From a bacterium (GTDB lineage Bacteria > RUG730): a stretch of 64,000 nt of DNA. The stretch spans positions 1 to 64,000 of the forward strand of contig JAVBNQ010000010.1 in assembly GCA_031551405.1 (NCBI GenBank). Direction: 5' to 3'. Below the pieces are notes generated by a model that ran no database searches, had not been told where the DNA came from, and worked only from the letters and a program-made list of their open reading frames with translations. Made by a program: the position numbers and the translations under genes. Positions 42,022-51,234 of this stretch are shown piece after piece (position 1 is the first letter of the stretch; every line of letters begins with the position of its first letter).

Positions 42022-43236
42022 TTATGCTTCGAGCTCAAACGCTTTATGAACAGCATTAACCGCAGCGTCGATTTTTTCTCGATCAATAATGCATGAAATC
42101 TTTATTTCCGACGTAGATATCATGTGAATATTTATCTTATCGTCAGCCAAAATTTTAAACATTTTCGACGCCACCCCGGTTTGACTTTTCATCCCTACGC
42201 CTACTATCGAAATTTTCCCAACTTTGTCGTCATAAACCACAGCTTTTTCCGGAAAATTTAACTTTTTTAAAACTTCCAAAGTTTTTGTCAAATCAACGTT
42301 ATTTATTGTAAATGAAATATTATTCAAATTGTTTTCTGCAGTACTCTGAACGATCATATCAACATTAATCCCGTCATTTGATAAAGCCTCAAAAAGATTC
42401 GCTGCAACACCAGGTTTATCCTCAATTCTTAACACAGAAACCTTGACTTGATTTCTATCGAACGCAACTCCTCTTACTAAAACGTCTTCCATGTTTTCCT
42501 CCTCTTCTAAAATAAGGGTTCCGGATTCTTGACTAAAAAAACTTGATCTTACATGAATTATAACTTGAAATTTTTTCGCAACCTCAATAGCCCTGGCTTG
42601 CATCACTTGAGCACCAAGCCCAGCCATTTCCAAAATTTCGTCGTAAGAAATTCTATCGATTTTTTTCGCATCTTTAACAACTCTAGGATCCGTTGTATAA
42701 ATGCCTTTTACGTCGGTATAAATTTCACACTCGTCGGCTTTCAAAACCGAAGCGAGAGCAACTGCCGTCAAATCTGATCCTCCGCGTCCCAGCGTTGTGA
42801 TATCAGAATCTCGAGTAATTCCTTGAAATCCGGCGACTATCACTATTTTGCCTTTTACGAGCTCAGCCAGCAATTTTTCCGTCGAAATTTCTTTTATTTT
42901 TGCTCGAGTGTGAGTTTCTGTAGTTTTGATGCCGACTTGAGCCCCGGTCAGAGAAATCGCATCATGACCGGCTTCTTTTATCGCCATTGAGAGAAGTGAA
43001 ATCGAAACCTGCTCGCCAGTTGATAAAAGCATGTCCATTTCGCGATCGTCAGGTTTTTTTGTGATTTCAGTAGCCATTGTAATCAAATCGTCCGTCATAT
43101 CTCCAGGCGCTGAAACTACGACTACGACTTTATATCCCAGTTTCTTTTTGTCCACACAAATTCTAGCTACATTTTTAATTTTTTGAGCATCTGCTACCGA
43201 CGATCCACCAAATTTCATCACAATTATTTTTTCCAC
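42022..43236 (-). CDS. lysC: Aspartate kinase
   Basis: KFGGSSV, TLGRGGSDLTA, YTDVKG.YTTDPR, two ACT domains, STSEIKIS. Confidence 0.97.
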   Translation of the reverse strand: MEKIIVMKFGGSSVADAQKIKNVARICVDKKKLGYKVVVVVSAPGDMTDDLITMATEITKKPDDREMDMLLSTGEQVSISLLSMAIKEAGHDAISLTGAQVGIKTTETHTRAKIKEISTEKLLAELVKGKIVIVAGFQGITRDSDITTLGRGGSDLTAVALASVLKADECEIYTDVKGIYTTDPRVVKDAKKIDRISYDEILEMAGLGAQVMQARAIEVAKKFQVIIHVRSSFFSQESGTLILEEEENMEDVLVRGVAFDRNQVKVSVLRIEDKPGVAANLFEALSNDGINVDMIVQSTAENNLNNISFTINNVDLTKTLEVLKKLNFPEKAVVYDDKVGKISIVGVGMKSQTGVASKMFKILADDKINIHMISTSEIKISCIIDREKIDAAVNAVHKAFELEA

Positions 43237-44165
43237 AATATTTGTACTCCTTCATTAGTAGGTTTTAACTCGTAAAATTCCGGATTTAATTCTAAAATTC
43301 CGTCAATTTCAAGAATAAATTTTTTTAAAACTTCAAGCTTCTGTTTTTCTACAACCAATAAAATTGTTGGCCCGGAACCGCTCAAAGCAACTCCGTCAAC
43401 ATTGTTTTGCCTAGCAATTTCGTCAATCTCATAAAAAAAACGGATATTTTTCGTTCGAATTTTTTGATGCCAGACATCGTCCTTCATACTAAAAAACAAA
43501 TTCGAAAATTCGCCTTTTGCAAAAGAAATCATATTCAGAATTGCTTTATTTAAACCACTCAAATAGTCTAAATGTGAAAAATTTTGGTCATTATTAAATA
43601 ATTCAACACGAGAGTTATTCGTATTTACATGATAATTCGGGACGAAAAATAACAAGCTTTTTGGCTCATAAAATTCAGTAACATCAGGGAACTTAAAATA
43701 CGAAACTTTTTTAGCTTGAGAATCCAAAATTGCCGACGCAACAAGTCCGCCAAAAAAACTAGCTGCCAAATTATCAGGATGTGGTTCAAAAAATAGCGAA
43801 ATATTCAAAAGCTCATCAAACGAAAATTTATCATCAAAACATAGCGAATTCACTGCAACAAGCGTTGAAGCAATCGCTGCTGAACTTGATCCGAGTCCGC
43901 GAGACAGCGGAATTTCATTTTCTACTTCAACTTTTAAACTTGGACGTTTTGTATTATTTATTTCAAAAAATCTTGAGATTACTTTAAAAATTAAGTTTGT
44001 GTTACAATTTACTTCCTGCGGTTTCCCGTTATAAAAAAATTCATCAACAACATTCATACTAATCGTGATATTGTTGTGCAAATTCAAGGCAAGACCCAGG
44101 AAATCAAAGCTAGAACCCAAGTTCGCAGTTGTACTCGGAGCCTTAACTTTTATCGATGTAAACAT
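43224..44165 (-). CDS. thrB: Homoserine kinase
   Basis: ANLGSSFD.LG.AL, PLSRGLGSSSA, HPDN, LSGSGPT. Confidence 0.92.
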   Translation of the reverse strand: MFTSIKVKAPSTTANLGSSFDFLGLALNLHNNITISMNVVDEFFYNGKPQEVNCNTNLIFKVISRFFEINNTKRPSLKVEVENEIPLSRGLGSSSAAIASTLVAVNSLCFDDKFSFDELLNISLFFEPHPDNLAASFFGGLVASAILDSQAKKVSYFKFPDVTEFYEPKSLLFFVPNYHVNTNNSRVELFNNDQNFSHLDYLSGLNKAILNMISFAKGEFSNLFFSMKDDVWHQKIRTKNIRFFYEIDEIARQNNVDGVALSGSGPTILLVVEKQKLEVLKKFILEIDGILELNPEFYELKPTNEGVQILWKK

Positions 44166-44181
44166 TTTATATCCTTTTTAT

Positions 44182-45270
44182 CTACCTAATTTTCAAGGCG
44201 CTGAGAGCGATGAGTCCGAGTATAATTCCGATGATCCAAAATCTCACCACGACTTTTGTTTCGTGCCAGCCACAAAGCTCATAATGATGATGGATTGGCG
44301 CCATTTTAAAAATACGGATTCCGCCATGATTTCTAAAAAAATAAACCTGAATCATCACAGAAACTGCCTCAACAACGAACAATCCTCCGACTATTACCAG
44401 CAACAGTTCTTGTTTCACTATAACTGCAACAACTCCCAAAATCCCACCTAAAAATAACGAACCTGTATCGCCCATAAAAACTTGAGCTGGATACGCATTG
44501 TACCACAAAAAACCCAGTCCAGAGCCGATTAATGCTGACAAATACACGACTAATTCCCCAGCTCCAGCGACGTGAACAATTCCGAGATAGCTGCTAAATT
44601 TCACGTGTCCTGCTAAGTAAGCAAACACGATATAAACAAAAGCAGAAATCATAATAAGTCCTATCGCAAGCCCATCAAGACCGTCAGTTAAATTCACAGC
44701 ATTAGACGAGCCAACCACAACTAATGATGAAAACAAAAGATAAAAAATCCCGAGATTCACAAAAAAAAGTTTAAAATAAGGAAGGTTGACATGAGTTGAA
44801 TACTCGTTATTAACCGGGAAAAAATAAAAATAAACGCCAATTGCAAGCGCAAAAATGAATTGCAAAATCAGCTTTTTTCTGCCAGCCAAACCTTTTGTAT
44901 TTTTTTTAACGAGTTTTAGATAGTCATCACAAAAACCGATAGCGCCCAAATAAATAGTGGAAATTAAACAGATTACAATAAAACGATTTGTGAGCTTCGC
45001 CCAAACTAATGATGCAATCAAAACGCTCAAAATTATTATGATTCCGCCCATTGTAGGCGTTCCTTTTTTGTCCAAATGCGTTTTTGGGCCATCATCTCGA
45101 ATAGCTTGATTGATTCTGTAATAGCGCAATTTCTGAATTATCGGCAATCCAATAAAATAACTCACTAAAAGCCCGGTCAAAAGCGCGCCGGCCGAGCGAA
45201 AAGAAATGTATTGGAAAATATTAAAAGGTGTGAAGTAAGAGGCAAAAGTGGAGTATAAATAATAAAACAT
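44182..45270 (-). CDS. mraY: Phospho-N-acetylmuramoyl-pentapeptide transferase
   Basis: KKGTPTMGG, DDYLK, NAVNLTDGLDGL, FMGDTGSL, MAPIHHHYE. Confidence 0.98.
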   Translation of the reverse strand: MFYYLYSTFASYFTPFNIFQYISFRSAGALLTGLLVSYFIGLPIIQKLRYYRINQAIRDDGPKTHLDKKGTPTMGGIIIILSVLIASLVWAKLTNRFIVICLISTIYLGAIGFCDDYLKLVKKNTKGLAGRKKLILQFIFALAIGVYFYFFPVNNEYSTHVNLPYFKLFFVNLGIFYLLFSSLVVVGSSNAVNLTDGLDGLAIGLIMISAFVYIVFAYLAGHVKFSSYLGIVHVAGAGELVVYLSALIGSGLGFLWYNAYPAQVFMGDTGSLFLGGILGVVAVIVKQELLLVIVGGLFVVEAVSVMIQVYFFRNHGGIRIFKMAPIHHHYELCGWHETKVVVRFWIIGIILGLIALSALKIR

Positions 45271-45285
45271 AATTTTTTGTTAGAG

Positions 45286-45537
45286 TTAAATTTTTATAAA
45301 TTTGATTATTAAACCGGAAACTGACTCGAGTTCTTTGACTAGCTTAGCATTATTTTCATTTTGTCCGCTCACAAGTTCCAGAATTATCAACCCTTTTTGT
45401 GAACAAGCATCATGAGAAAAATCATGGAGTCCAAGACGAACTTTTATATTGCAACCATATTTGGTTAAAATTTCTTGAATTTTCGGCACTTCTTGTGTTC
45501 TCTTGTCGACGGAAATTATTACAATATTTTGCGTCAT
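45286..45537 (-). CDS. TM1266-like (iron-only hydrogenase system regulator family) ACT-like small protein
   Basis: R......IQEILTKYGCNIKVRLGLH......GLIILEL. Confidence 0.65.
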   Translation of the reverse strand: MTQNIVIISVDKRTQEVPKIQEILTKYGCNIKVRLGLHDFSHDACSQKGLIILELVSGQNENNAKLVKELESVSGLIIKFIKI

Positions 45538-46418
45538 TTTTTGCTCCTTTCGTTTAATTTGTAATCCGATTCATTAAAAACTATCGAACAATAATATTCT
45601 TGCAAATAGTCTCGATCCTGAGAAAGAACAAAATCCAGCAAAAATGTTACAATTTTATTTTCAAAATCTTTGTATTTTGGCGACAACGAAGAAGTCGTAT
45701 TCGTAAATAAATACGCATAATCTTTCAAAAATCCCGAGAGATAAAGTTTTGCTGATCCTTTGTCAAGTCTATAATTTTTCTCGTCGAACACGAACTTTCT
45801 CACTTGCTCATCCAAATCTCGAGACAAAAGTTGCCAATTATAAAGCGAGTTTCGCATTTTCGGTCCATCTGAACGCAAAAAAGTTAAAGCAAAAATTGCG
45901 CGACCATTTCCAGATGGATCAAGGTTAAGAAGTCTGGAAAGAATATCTTCTAACGTTCTAATTTCTCCAAAAAGTAAGGTTGTACTTTCCCGGGGATTCC
46001 TGATATTTCGCAAGTCGTTAATTTTATGTTTACCAAAATGGTACCACTTAGGCTGCAACGGATATTTTTTTAGCGTAGCGTCGATTAAAACCGAATTATA
46101 AACATTAATCAAAAATATCAATTTTTGCTCTTTGTTTAAGCTAACATATTCGTCAAAGCTAAAATTGTTTAAAGATTTTACAAAAACATCTAAATTTTTG
46201 TTGTTAAATTTCAAATTTTCATAATCAATTTTGCCGTCGTCATCTACAAATTGTTGCAAAACATTCTCATAAAGACTAAGTTTTACAGGACTCGCTTGCA
46301 AACCCGTCAAAATATATGGCATAATCAAAAAATACGCGCACAAAACAAAAAAAATTTTTTTAAAATGTCTCATTTGTCCCTTAAATTTATATTGAATATT
46401 TTTAAAATTCATAGTCAC
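45534..46418 (-). CDS. DUF547-like exported protein
   Basis: VDDDGKIDY..LK, LIFLINVYN, FAL......P, LYLS; start uncertain. Confidence 0.7.
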   Translation of the reverse strand: MTMNFKNIQYKFKGQMRHFKKIFFVLCAYFLIMPYILTGLQASPVKLSLYENVLQQFVDDDGKIDYENLKFNNKNLDVFVKSLNNFSFDEYVSLNKEQKLIFLINVYNSVLIDATLKKYPLQPKWYHFGKHKINDLRNIRNPRESTTLLFGEIRTLEDILSRLLNLDPSGNGRAIFALTFLRSDGPKMRNSLYNWQLLSRDLDEQVRKFVFDEKNYRLDKGSAKLYLSGFLKDYAYLFTNTTSSLSPKYKDFENKIVTFLLDFVLSQDRDYLQEYYCSIVFNESDYKLNERSKK

Positions 46419-46476
46419 TAAAATACCAAAATTAAATTTTTTTTACAAACTAAATCTGAGTGAAAATCAAAAATTT

Positions 46477-47454
46477 TTACTTCTTTTTTTCAGTTTTTAT
46501 TTTCTCTTTCAAACAATACAAAATAATTGCTTTTTGCACGTGAAGTCTGTTCCCGGCCTGCTCAAAAACTCTCGAATTTTTGCTTTCTATCACCTCATCC
46601 GTAATTTCTTCTCCTCTATGTGCCGGCAAACAATGCATAATTATCACGTCTTTTTTCCCGATTTTATCCACGAAGTCTCGATTTACCTGATAATTTTTAA
46701 AATCTTTTTGTCTTTTTTTCTGTTCAGCTTCTTTTCCCATGCTCGTCCAAATATCCGTGTAAATCACGTCTACTTTTTTCTTGATTTCCTTTATGTTGTT
46801 CGTCACAAAAATCTCACAATTATTTCTTTTTGCTATTTTTTGTGCGTCAAGAAGCGTTTTTTTCTCAGGTTCATAACCTCTTGGACAAACAATAGAAATA
46901 TTCATACCGAAAATAGCGCAAGCCTGCATCAGAGAATTCAAAACATTCGATCCGTCTCCGATATAAAGCAGATTCATTTTATTTAAATTTTTCGTATTAT
47001 CCTTGTAAACATCAAAATTTTTAAACTCAAAAATGGAAAAAATATCACTCAAAGTTTGACAAGGATGACACTCATCAGAAAGCCCGTTTATGACTGGCAC
47101 ATTCGAAAATTTAGCTAATGTTTTGATTTTTTCCTGCTCAAATGCTCGGATCATAATAATATCGACATACTGCGATAAAATACGCGCAGTGTCCTCTATC
47201 GTTTCTCCTCGACCAATCTGAATGTCGTTCGAATGCAAATAAAGCGCCTGTCCTCCAAGCTCATACATTCCCACCTCAAAAGAAACGCGTGTTCTCGTAG
47301 ATGGTTTCTCGAAAATCATAGCCATCGTTTTATTCGCCATGGGCTTAAATTTTGCTCTGTCTACATTGTGTTTCAACTCGTAACTAGCACGTAAAATTTT
47401 ATACAACTCGTCTTTCTTAAAATCCTTTAGCATTAAAAAATCGCTAAATTTCAT
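46477..47454 (-). CDS. argF: Ornithine carbamoyltransferase
   Basis: STRTRVSF, HPCQ, YTDIWTSMG, HCLPAHRG. Confidence 0.97.
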   Translation of the reverse strand: MKFSDFLMLKDFKKDELYKILRASYELKHNVDRAKFKPMANKTMAMIFEKPSTRTRVSFEVGMYELGGQALYLHSNDIQIGRGETIEDTARILSQYVDIIMIRAFEQEKIKTLAKFSNVPVINGLSDECHPCQTLSDIFSIFEFKNFDVYKDNTKNLNKMNLLYIGDGSNVLNSLMQACAIFGMNISIVCPRGYEPEKKTLLDAQKIAKRNNCEIFVTNNIKEIKKKVDVIYTDIWTSMGKEAEQKKRQKDFKNYQVNRDFVDKIGKKDVIIMHCLPAHRGEEITDEVIESKNSRVFEQAGNRLHVQKAIILYCLKEKIKTEKKK

Positions 47455-47472
47455 AACTTAAATTCCCCCGAT

Positions 47473-47901
47473 CTATTTTTTCCCGTAAACTTTAGCAGGA
47501 TCAAACAATCGATTCCCGATAATAGTCCAAGAATTATTTGTGAGTTTTTTAAAAAAACACGTCTTAAAACCTTCGTGACAAGCTGCTCCGTTCTCTGTTT
47601 TTCCTCCATCGCCAAGCTGCAAAATCTTCATCAAAATCGCATCTCCGTCGCAATCAACATAAACTTCCTTGAGCTTCTGGATATTTCCAGATGTTTCTCC
47701 TTTCACCCAAAATTCCTGCCTGCTTCTACTCCAATACGTCATTTTTTCGGTTTCCAAAGTTCTCTTCAAAGCTTCCTCGTTCATATAAGCCAGCATCAAA
47801 ACTTCGTTTGTGTTCGCGTCTTGAGCGATTACTGCGACGAGTCCATCTTTATTGAACTTCACATTTTCCAAAACTTTTGCAAATTCCAATTCGTTTAACA
47901 T
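47473..47901 (-). CDS. hisI: Phosphoribosyl-AMP cyclohydrolase
   Basis: YWSRSRQ..W.KGETSG, DCDGD, ACHEG..TCF. Confidence 0.95.
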   Translation of the reverse strand: MLNELEFAKVLENVKFNKDGLVAVIAQDANTNEVLMLAYMNEEALKRTLETEKMTYWSRSRQEFWVKGETSGNIQKLKEVYVDCDGDAILMKILQLGDGGKTENGAACHEGFKTCFFKKLTNNSWTIIGNRLFDPAKVYGKK

Positions 47902-48656
47902 AATCTAATCTCCGTCTTATTTTCTTTCAAATATTTTTTCAAATTTTTTATACTGATTTCGCCAAAATGAAACAGCGAAGCAGCCAAAGCCGCATCAACA
48001 TTTGTTTTTTTAAAAACGTCCAAAAAATCTTCTTTTTTGCCGGCTCCACCGGACGCTATGACAGGAATATTAATGACGTTTGCTATTGCAGCATTCAGCT
48101 CGAGATCAAAACCACTTTTCGTGCCGTCGGCGTCCATGCTCGTCAGCAAAATTTCGCCAGCGCCAAGCTCTTCAACTTTTCTCGCCCAATCTATAACATC
48201 AATTTTTGCGTCGACTCTTCCGCCGTGAGTAAAAACTGTCCACTTGTTGTCTGCGATTTTTTTTGTGTCAATCGCTACGACGATGCACTGTTTCCCAAAT
48301 TTTTTTGCGCCTTCGGAAATCAAACTCGGATTCTCGACCGCCGACGTATTAATCGAAATCTTGTCAGCTCCGGCCAAAAGCGCCTCGCGTATATCGCCCA
48401 AATTCCGCAAACCGCCACCAACTGTTAGCGGCATAAAAACATTTTCTGCTGTCTTCTTGACCAAATCCAAAAAAATACCCCGTTTTTCATGCGATGCGGT
48501 TATATCGAGGTAAACAAGTTCATCAGCTCCCTCTTCCTCGTATTTTTTTGCAATTTCGATTGGATCACCAGCATCAATAAGGCCGACAAAATTTACGCCT
48601 TTCACAACTCGACCGTTTTTTATATCTAAACACGGAATTATTCTTTTAGCTAACAT
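47895..48656 (-). CDS. hisF: Imidazole glycerol phosphate synthase cyclase subunit
   Basis: [29 protein letters not shown]. Confidence 0.98.
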   Translation of the reverse strand: MLAKRIIPCLDIKNGRVVKGVNFVGLIDAGDPIEIAKKYEEEGADELVYLDITASHEKRGIFLDLVKKTAENVFMPLTVGGGLRNLGDIREALLAGADKISINTSAVENPSLISEGAKKFGKQCIVVAIDTKKIADNKWTVFTHGGRVDAKIDVIDWARKVEELGAGEILLTSMDADGTKSGFDLELNAAIANVINIPVIASGGAGKKEDFLDVFKKTNVDAALAASLFHFGEISIKNLKKYLKENKTEIRLC

Positions 48657-49380
48657 AATTTTTCGCTAAATCAATAGCTTCCTCTAAATCAAATTTCTGT
48701 GTATAAATCGCTTTTCCCGCTATAATTCCAACTAAATTTTTTTGCTTTAAATCTATCAAATTTTTTATATCCTGTAAACTCGAAATTCCGCCGGATGCGA
48801 TTATCTTTTGTTTTGTAATTTTGCAAATTTTTTGCGTTGATTCTAAGTTTGGACCGGAAAGCATCCCGTCTTTTGAAATATCGGTGTAAATAAATTCGTC
48901 AACTCCAAAACTTTCCATTTTTAAAACCAAATCTTCTGCTGAAATTTTAGTAGTTCCAGTCCAGCCAGAAATCGCGATTTTTTCGTTTTTTGCATCAATG
49001 CCGACTGTGATTTTCTCTGGGAATTTTTCACAAACACGTTTTATCTCGTCTGGATTTTTCGCAGCCGCAGTACCAAAAATCACACGATCGATTCCAATAT
49101 CAAACATTTTTTTCGCATTCTCAGCGGTTCTGATCCCGCCGCCTAAATCGATCGTTATATCGAGAGCCTTTCGAATATTTTTTACCACATCGAAATTCGC
49201 GCTACTTCCGCTCAGCGCTCCATCCAAATCAACCAGATGCAGCCTTTTCGCACCTTTTCTCTGCCAAAGTTTTGCAATCTCGACAGGCGACGCAGAGTAC
49301 GAAGTTTTTTTTGAATAATCGCCTTGCTCGAGTCTCACACATTCGCCGTTTATTAAATCAATCGCAGGAATTATTAACAT
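48646..49380 (-). CDS. hisA: ProFAR isomerase
   Basis: [36 protein letters not shown]. Confidence 0.97.
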   Translation of the reverse strand: MLIIPAIDLINGECVRLEQGDYSKKTSYSASPVEIAKLWQRKGAKRLHLVDLDGALSGSSANFDVVKNIRKALDITIDLGGGIRTAENAKKMFDIGIDRVIFGTAAAKNPDEIKRVCEKFPEKITVGIDAKNEKIAISGWTGTTKISAEDLVLKMESFGVDEFIYTDISKDGMLSGPNLESTQKICKITKQKIIASGGISSLQDIKNLIDLKQKNLVGIIAGKAIYTQKFDLEEAIDLAKNYVS

Positions 49381-49577
49381 TTTTCCTTCTTAACTGTGCT
49401 TTTTATTAAAGTTCCTTATCAAAAAATTGCAAAACATTCCGAAAATTTTTATATTATTTTAATCGTATCAAAATCGCATGCTTTTACTAGCAAATTTTCG
49501 CACGCGGCGGTAGTTGCATGATAAACCTTACCCGCCGCTTTCAGCGAAAAAATTTTTTTACTTTTGAGATAAAACAT

Positions 49578-50786
49578 TTAGACTTGAAAATCCTTCCCGT
49601 ACTTCTCAAGGACAAAATCGATGTCTTTGTCCCCGCGACCTGAAAGATTCACCAAAATAGTTTCCTCTTTCGGCAAAGTTTTCGCGAGCTTCATCGCATA
49701 CGCTACTGCGTGCGATGATTCAAGAGCCGGAATAATGCCTTCTACTCTCGATAGTGCAAAAAATGCCTCAATCGCTTCGGCGTCAGTAATCGCTTCATAT
49801 TTAACTCGATGCGTATCCTTCAAATAACAATGCTCAGGTCCAACTCCTGGATAATCGAGTCCGCTAGCCACAGAATAAACGCTAGATGGCTCGCCTTTCT
49901 CATCTTGAAGCACATAACACCTAAAACCATGAATAACACCTACTTTTCCGAGAGTCAAGGCTGCCGCATGTTTATCCGTTTTAAGTCCGAGTCCAGCCGG
50001 TTCAACACCAAACATTTTAACTTCTTCGTCGCCTAAAAACGCGCTAAAAAGTCCGATCGAGTTCGAGCCTCCGCCAACACACGCCACGAGATTATTTGGC
50101 AAATTATTCGTAAGTTCAAAAAATTGCTGTCTTGCTTCTCTCCCGACAATCGATTGAAAATCTCGAACCATCATCGGAAACGGATGTGGCCCTACGACTG
50201 AACCGATTGCATAGAAAATATTTTTGGGATCTTTGAGATAAGCCTCAAAAGCTGCGTCAACAGCTTCTTTCAAAGTTTTGTTTCCAGAAGAAACTGGCAC
50301 AACTTTTGTTCCCAAAATCCTCATTCTTGACACATTCGGATGCTCTTTTTCGATGTCGACCTCACCCATGTAAATATCGCATTCAAGCCCAATAAGTGCA
50401 GCTGCAGTTGCGATTGCAACTCCGTGCTGTCCAGCGCCAGTTTCAGCTATCACTTTTTTCTTCCCCATTTTTTTTGCGAGCAAAACTTCTCCAAGGCTAT
50501 GATTGATTTTGTGTGAACCTGTATGATTAAGATCCTCTCGTTTTAGATAAATTTCTGCGCCATTTATTTTTCGTGTTAAATTTTCAGCAAAAAATATAGG
50601 CGACGGTCTTCCAACATAGTTTTTATAAAGATTTTTTAGTTCGTTTTGAAAGTTTACATCATCTCGCAGTTTCAAATATTCAGCTGCAATTTCAGCCATG
50701 ATTTTTTGTAATTCCTGAGGAACATAAGCTCCGCCGTACTCTCCAAAGTTACCTTTTTCATCCGGAAAATTATATTTTATTTCCAT
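49578..50786 (-). CDS. trpB: Tryptophan synthase beta chain (stand-alone)
   Basis: [48 protein letters not shown]. Confidence 0.96.
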   Translation of the reverse strand: MEIKYNFPDEKGNFGEYGGAYVPQELQKIMAEIAAEYLKLRDDVNFQNELKNLYKNYVGRPSPIFFAENLTRKINGAEIYLKREDLNHTGSHKINHSLGEVLLAKKMGKKKVIAETGAGQHGVAIATAAALIGLECDIYMGEVDIEKEHPNVSRMRILGTKVVPVSSGNKTLKEAVDAAFEAYLKDPKNIFYAIGSVVGPHPFPMMVRDFQSIVGREARQQFFELTNNLPNNLVACVGGGSNSIGLFSAFLGDEEVKMFGVEPAGLGLKTDKHAAALTLGKVGVIHGFRCYVLQDEKGEPSSVYSVASGLDYPGVGPEHCYLKDTHRVKYEAITDAEAIEAFFALSRVEGIIPALESSHAVAYAMKLAKTLPKEETILVNLSGRGDKDIDFVLEKYGKDFQV

Positions 50787-50820
50787 TTTTTATTTTTTCT
50801 CCTTTAAATTTTACTAAATG

Positions 50821-50915
50821 CAAAAAAAATTAGTCTAGGCTAGCTTCGCCAAAATGGCAGCCCACCAAATTGTAAAATTTTTGGGTTTTTTATAAAAAAT
50901 TTCATCACATTCCTC
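50821..50915 (-). promoter_or_regulatory. Possible (degenerate) trp leader/attenuator
   Basis: RBS GAGAGG, short ORF 50840-50905 (MKFFIKNPKILQFGGLPFWRS), TGG-TGG in the -1 frame at 50862-50867, GC hairpins and a T8 run upstream of trpB. Confidence 0.45.
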
Positions 50916-51018
50916 TCATTAAATTTTTTGAAAATTTATTTTCAAGCTAAGAATATAGCAAATTTCACTCTTAGTTGACAACAAGATTATAATATTTGTT
51001 ATTTTTTCAAGAGCAAAT

Positions 51019-51050
51019 AAAAAAAGCCCGACAGAATTAACTGACGAGCT
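51019..51050 (-). terminator. Rho-independent terminator downstream of tRNA-Val
   Basis: AGCTCGTCAG-TTAATT-CTGTCGGGCT followed by a T run. Confidence 0.75.
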
Positions 51051-51083
51051 CGTAATTTCTATCAAGGCAAATCGCTAAGTTTT

Positions 51084-51160
51084 TGGTGGGCGGTACTGGA
51101 GTCGAACCAGTTACCTCTTGCGTGTCGAGCAAGCACTCTAACCAACTGAGCTAACCGCCC
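51084..51160 (-). tRNA. tRNA-Val(GAC) with encoded CCA
   Basis: GGGCGGTTAGCTCAGTTGGTTAGAGTGCTTGCTCGACACGCAAGAGGTAACTGGTTCGACTCCAGTACCGCCCACCA. Confidence 0.97.
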
Positions 51161-51162
51161 CA

Positions 51163-51208
51163 AATAAAAATCACTCTCTTATCATCGACAGACAAAAAGA
51201 GAGTGATT
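51163..51208 (-). terminator. Stem-loop, possible terminator or processing site
   Basis: 12-bp perfect inverted repeat AATCACTCTCTT / AAGAGAGTGATT (51169-80, 51197-208) followed by TTTATTT on the minus strand. Confidence 0.6.
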
Positions 51209-51234
51209 ATAAGGTTTAAAAAATTCAATAGTAG

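Noticed and set aside
50975..50993. Plus-strand TTGACA...TATAAT promoter
   Set aside because: The spacer is only 7 nt and there is no plus-strand gene downstream.
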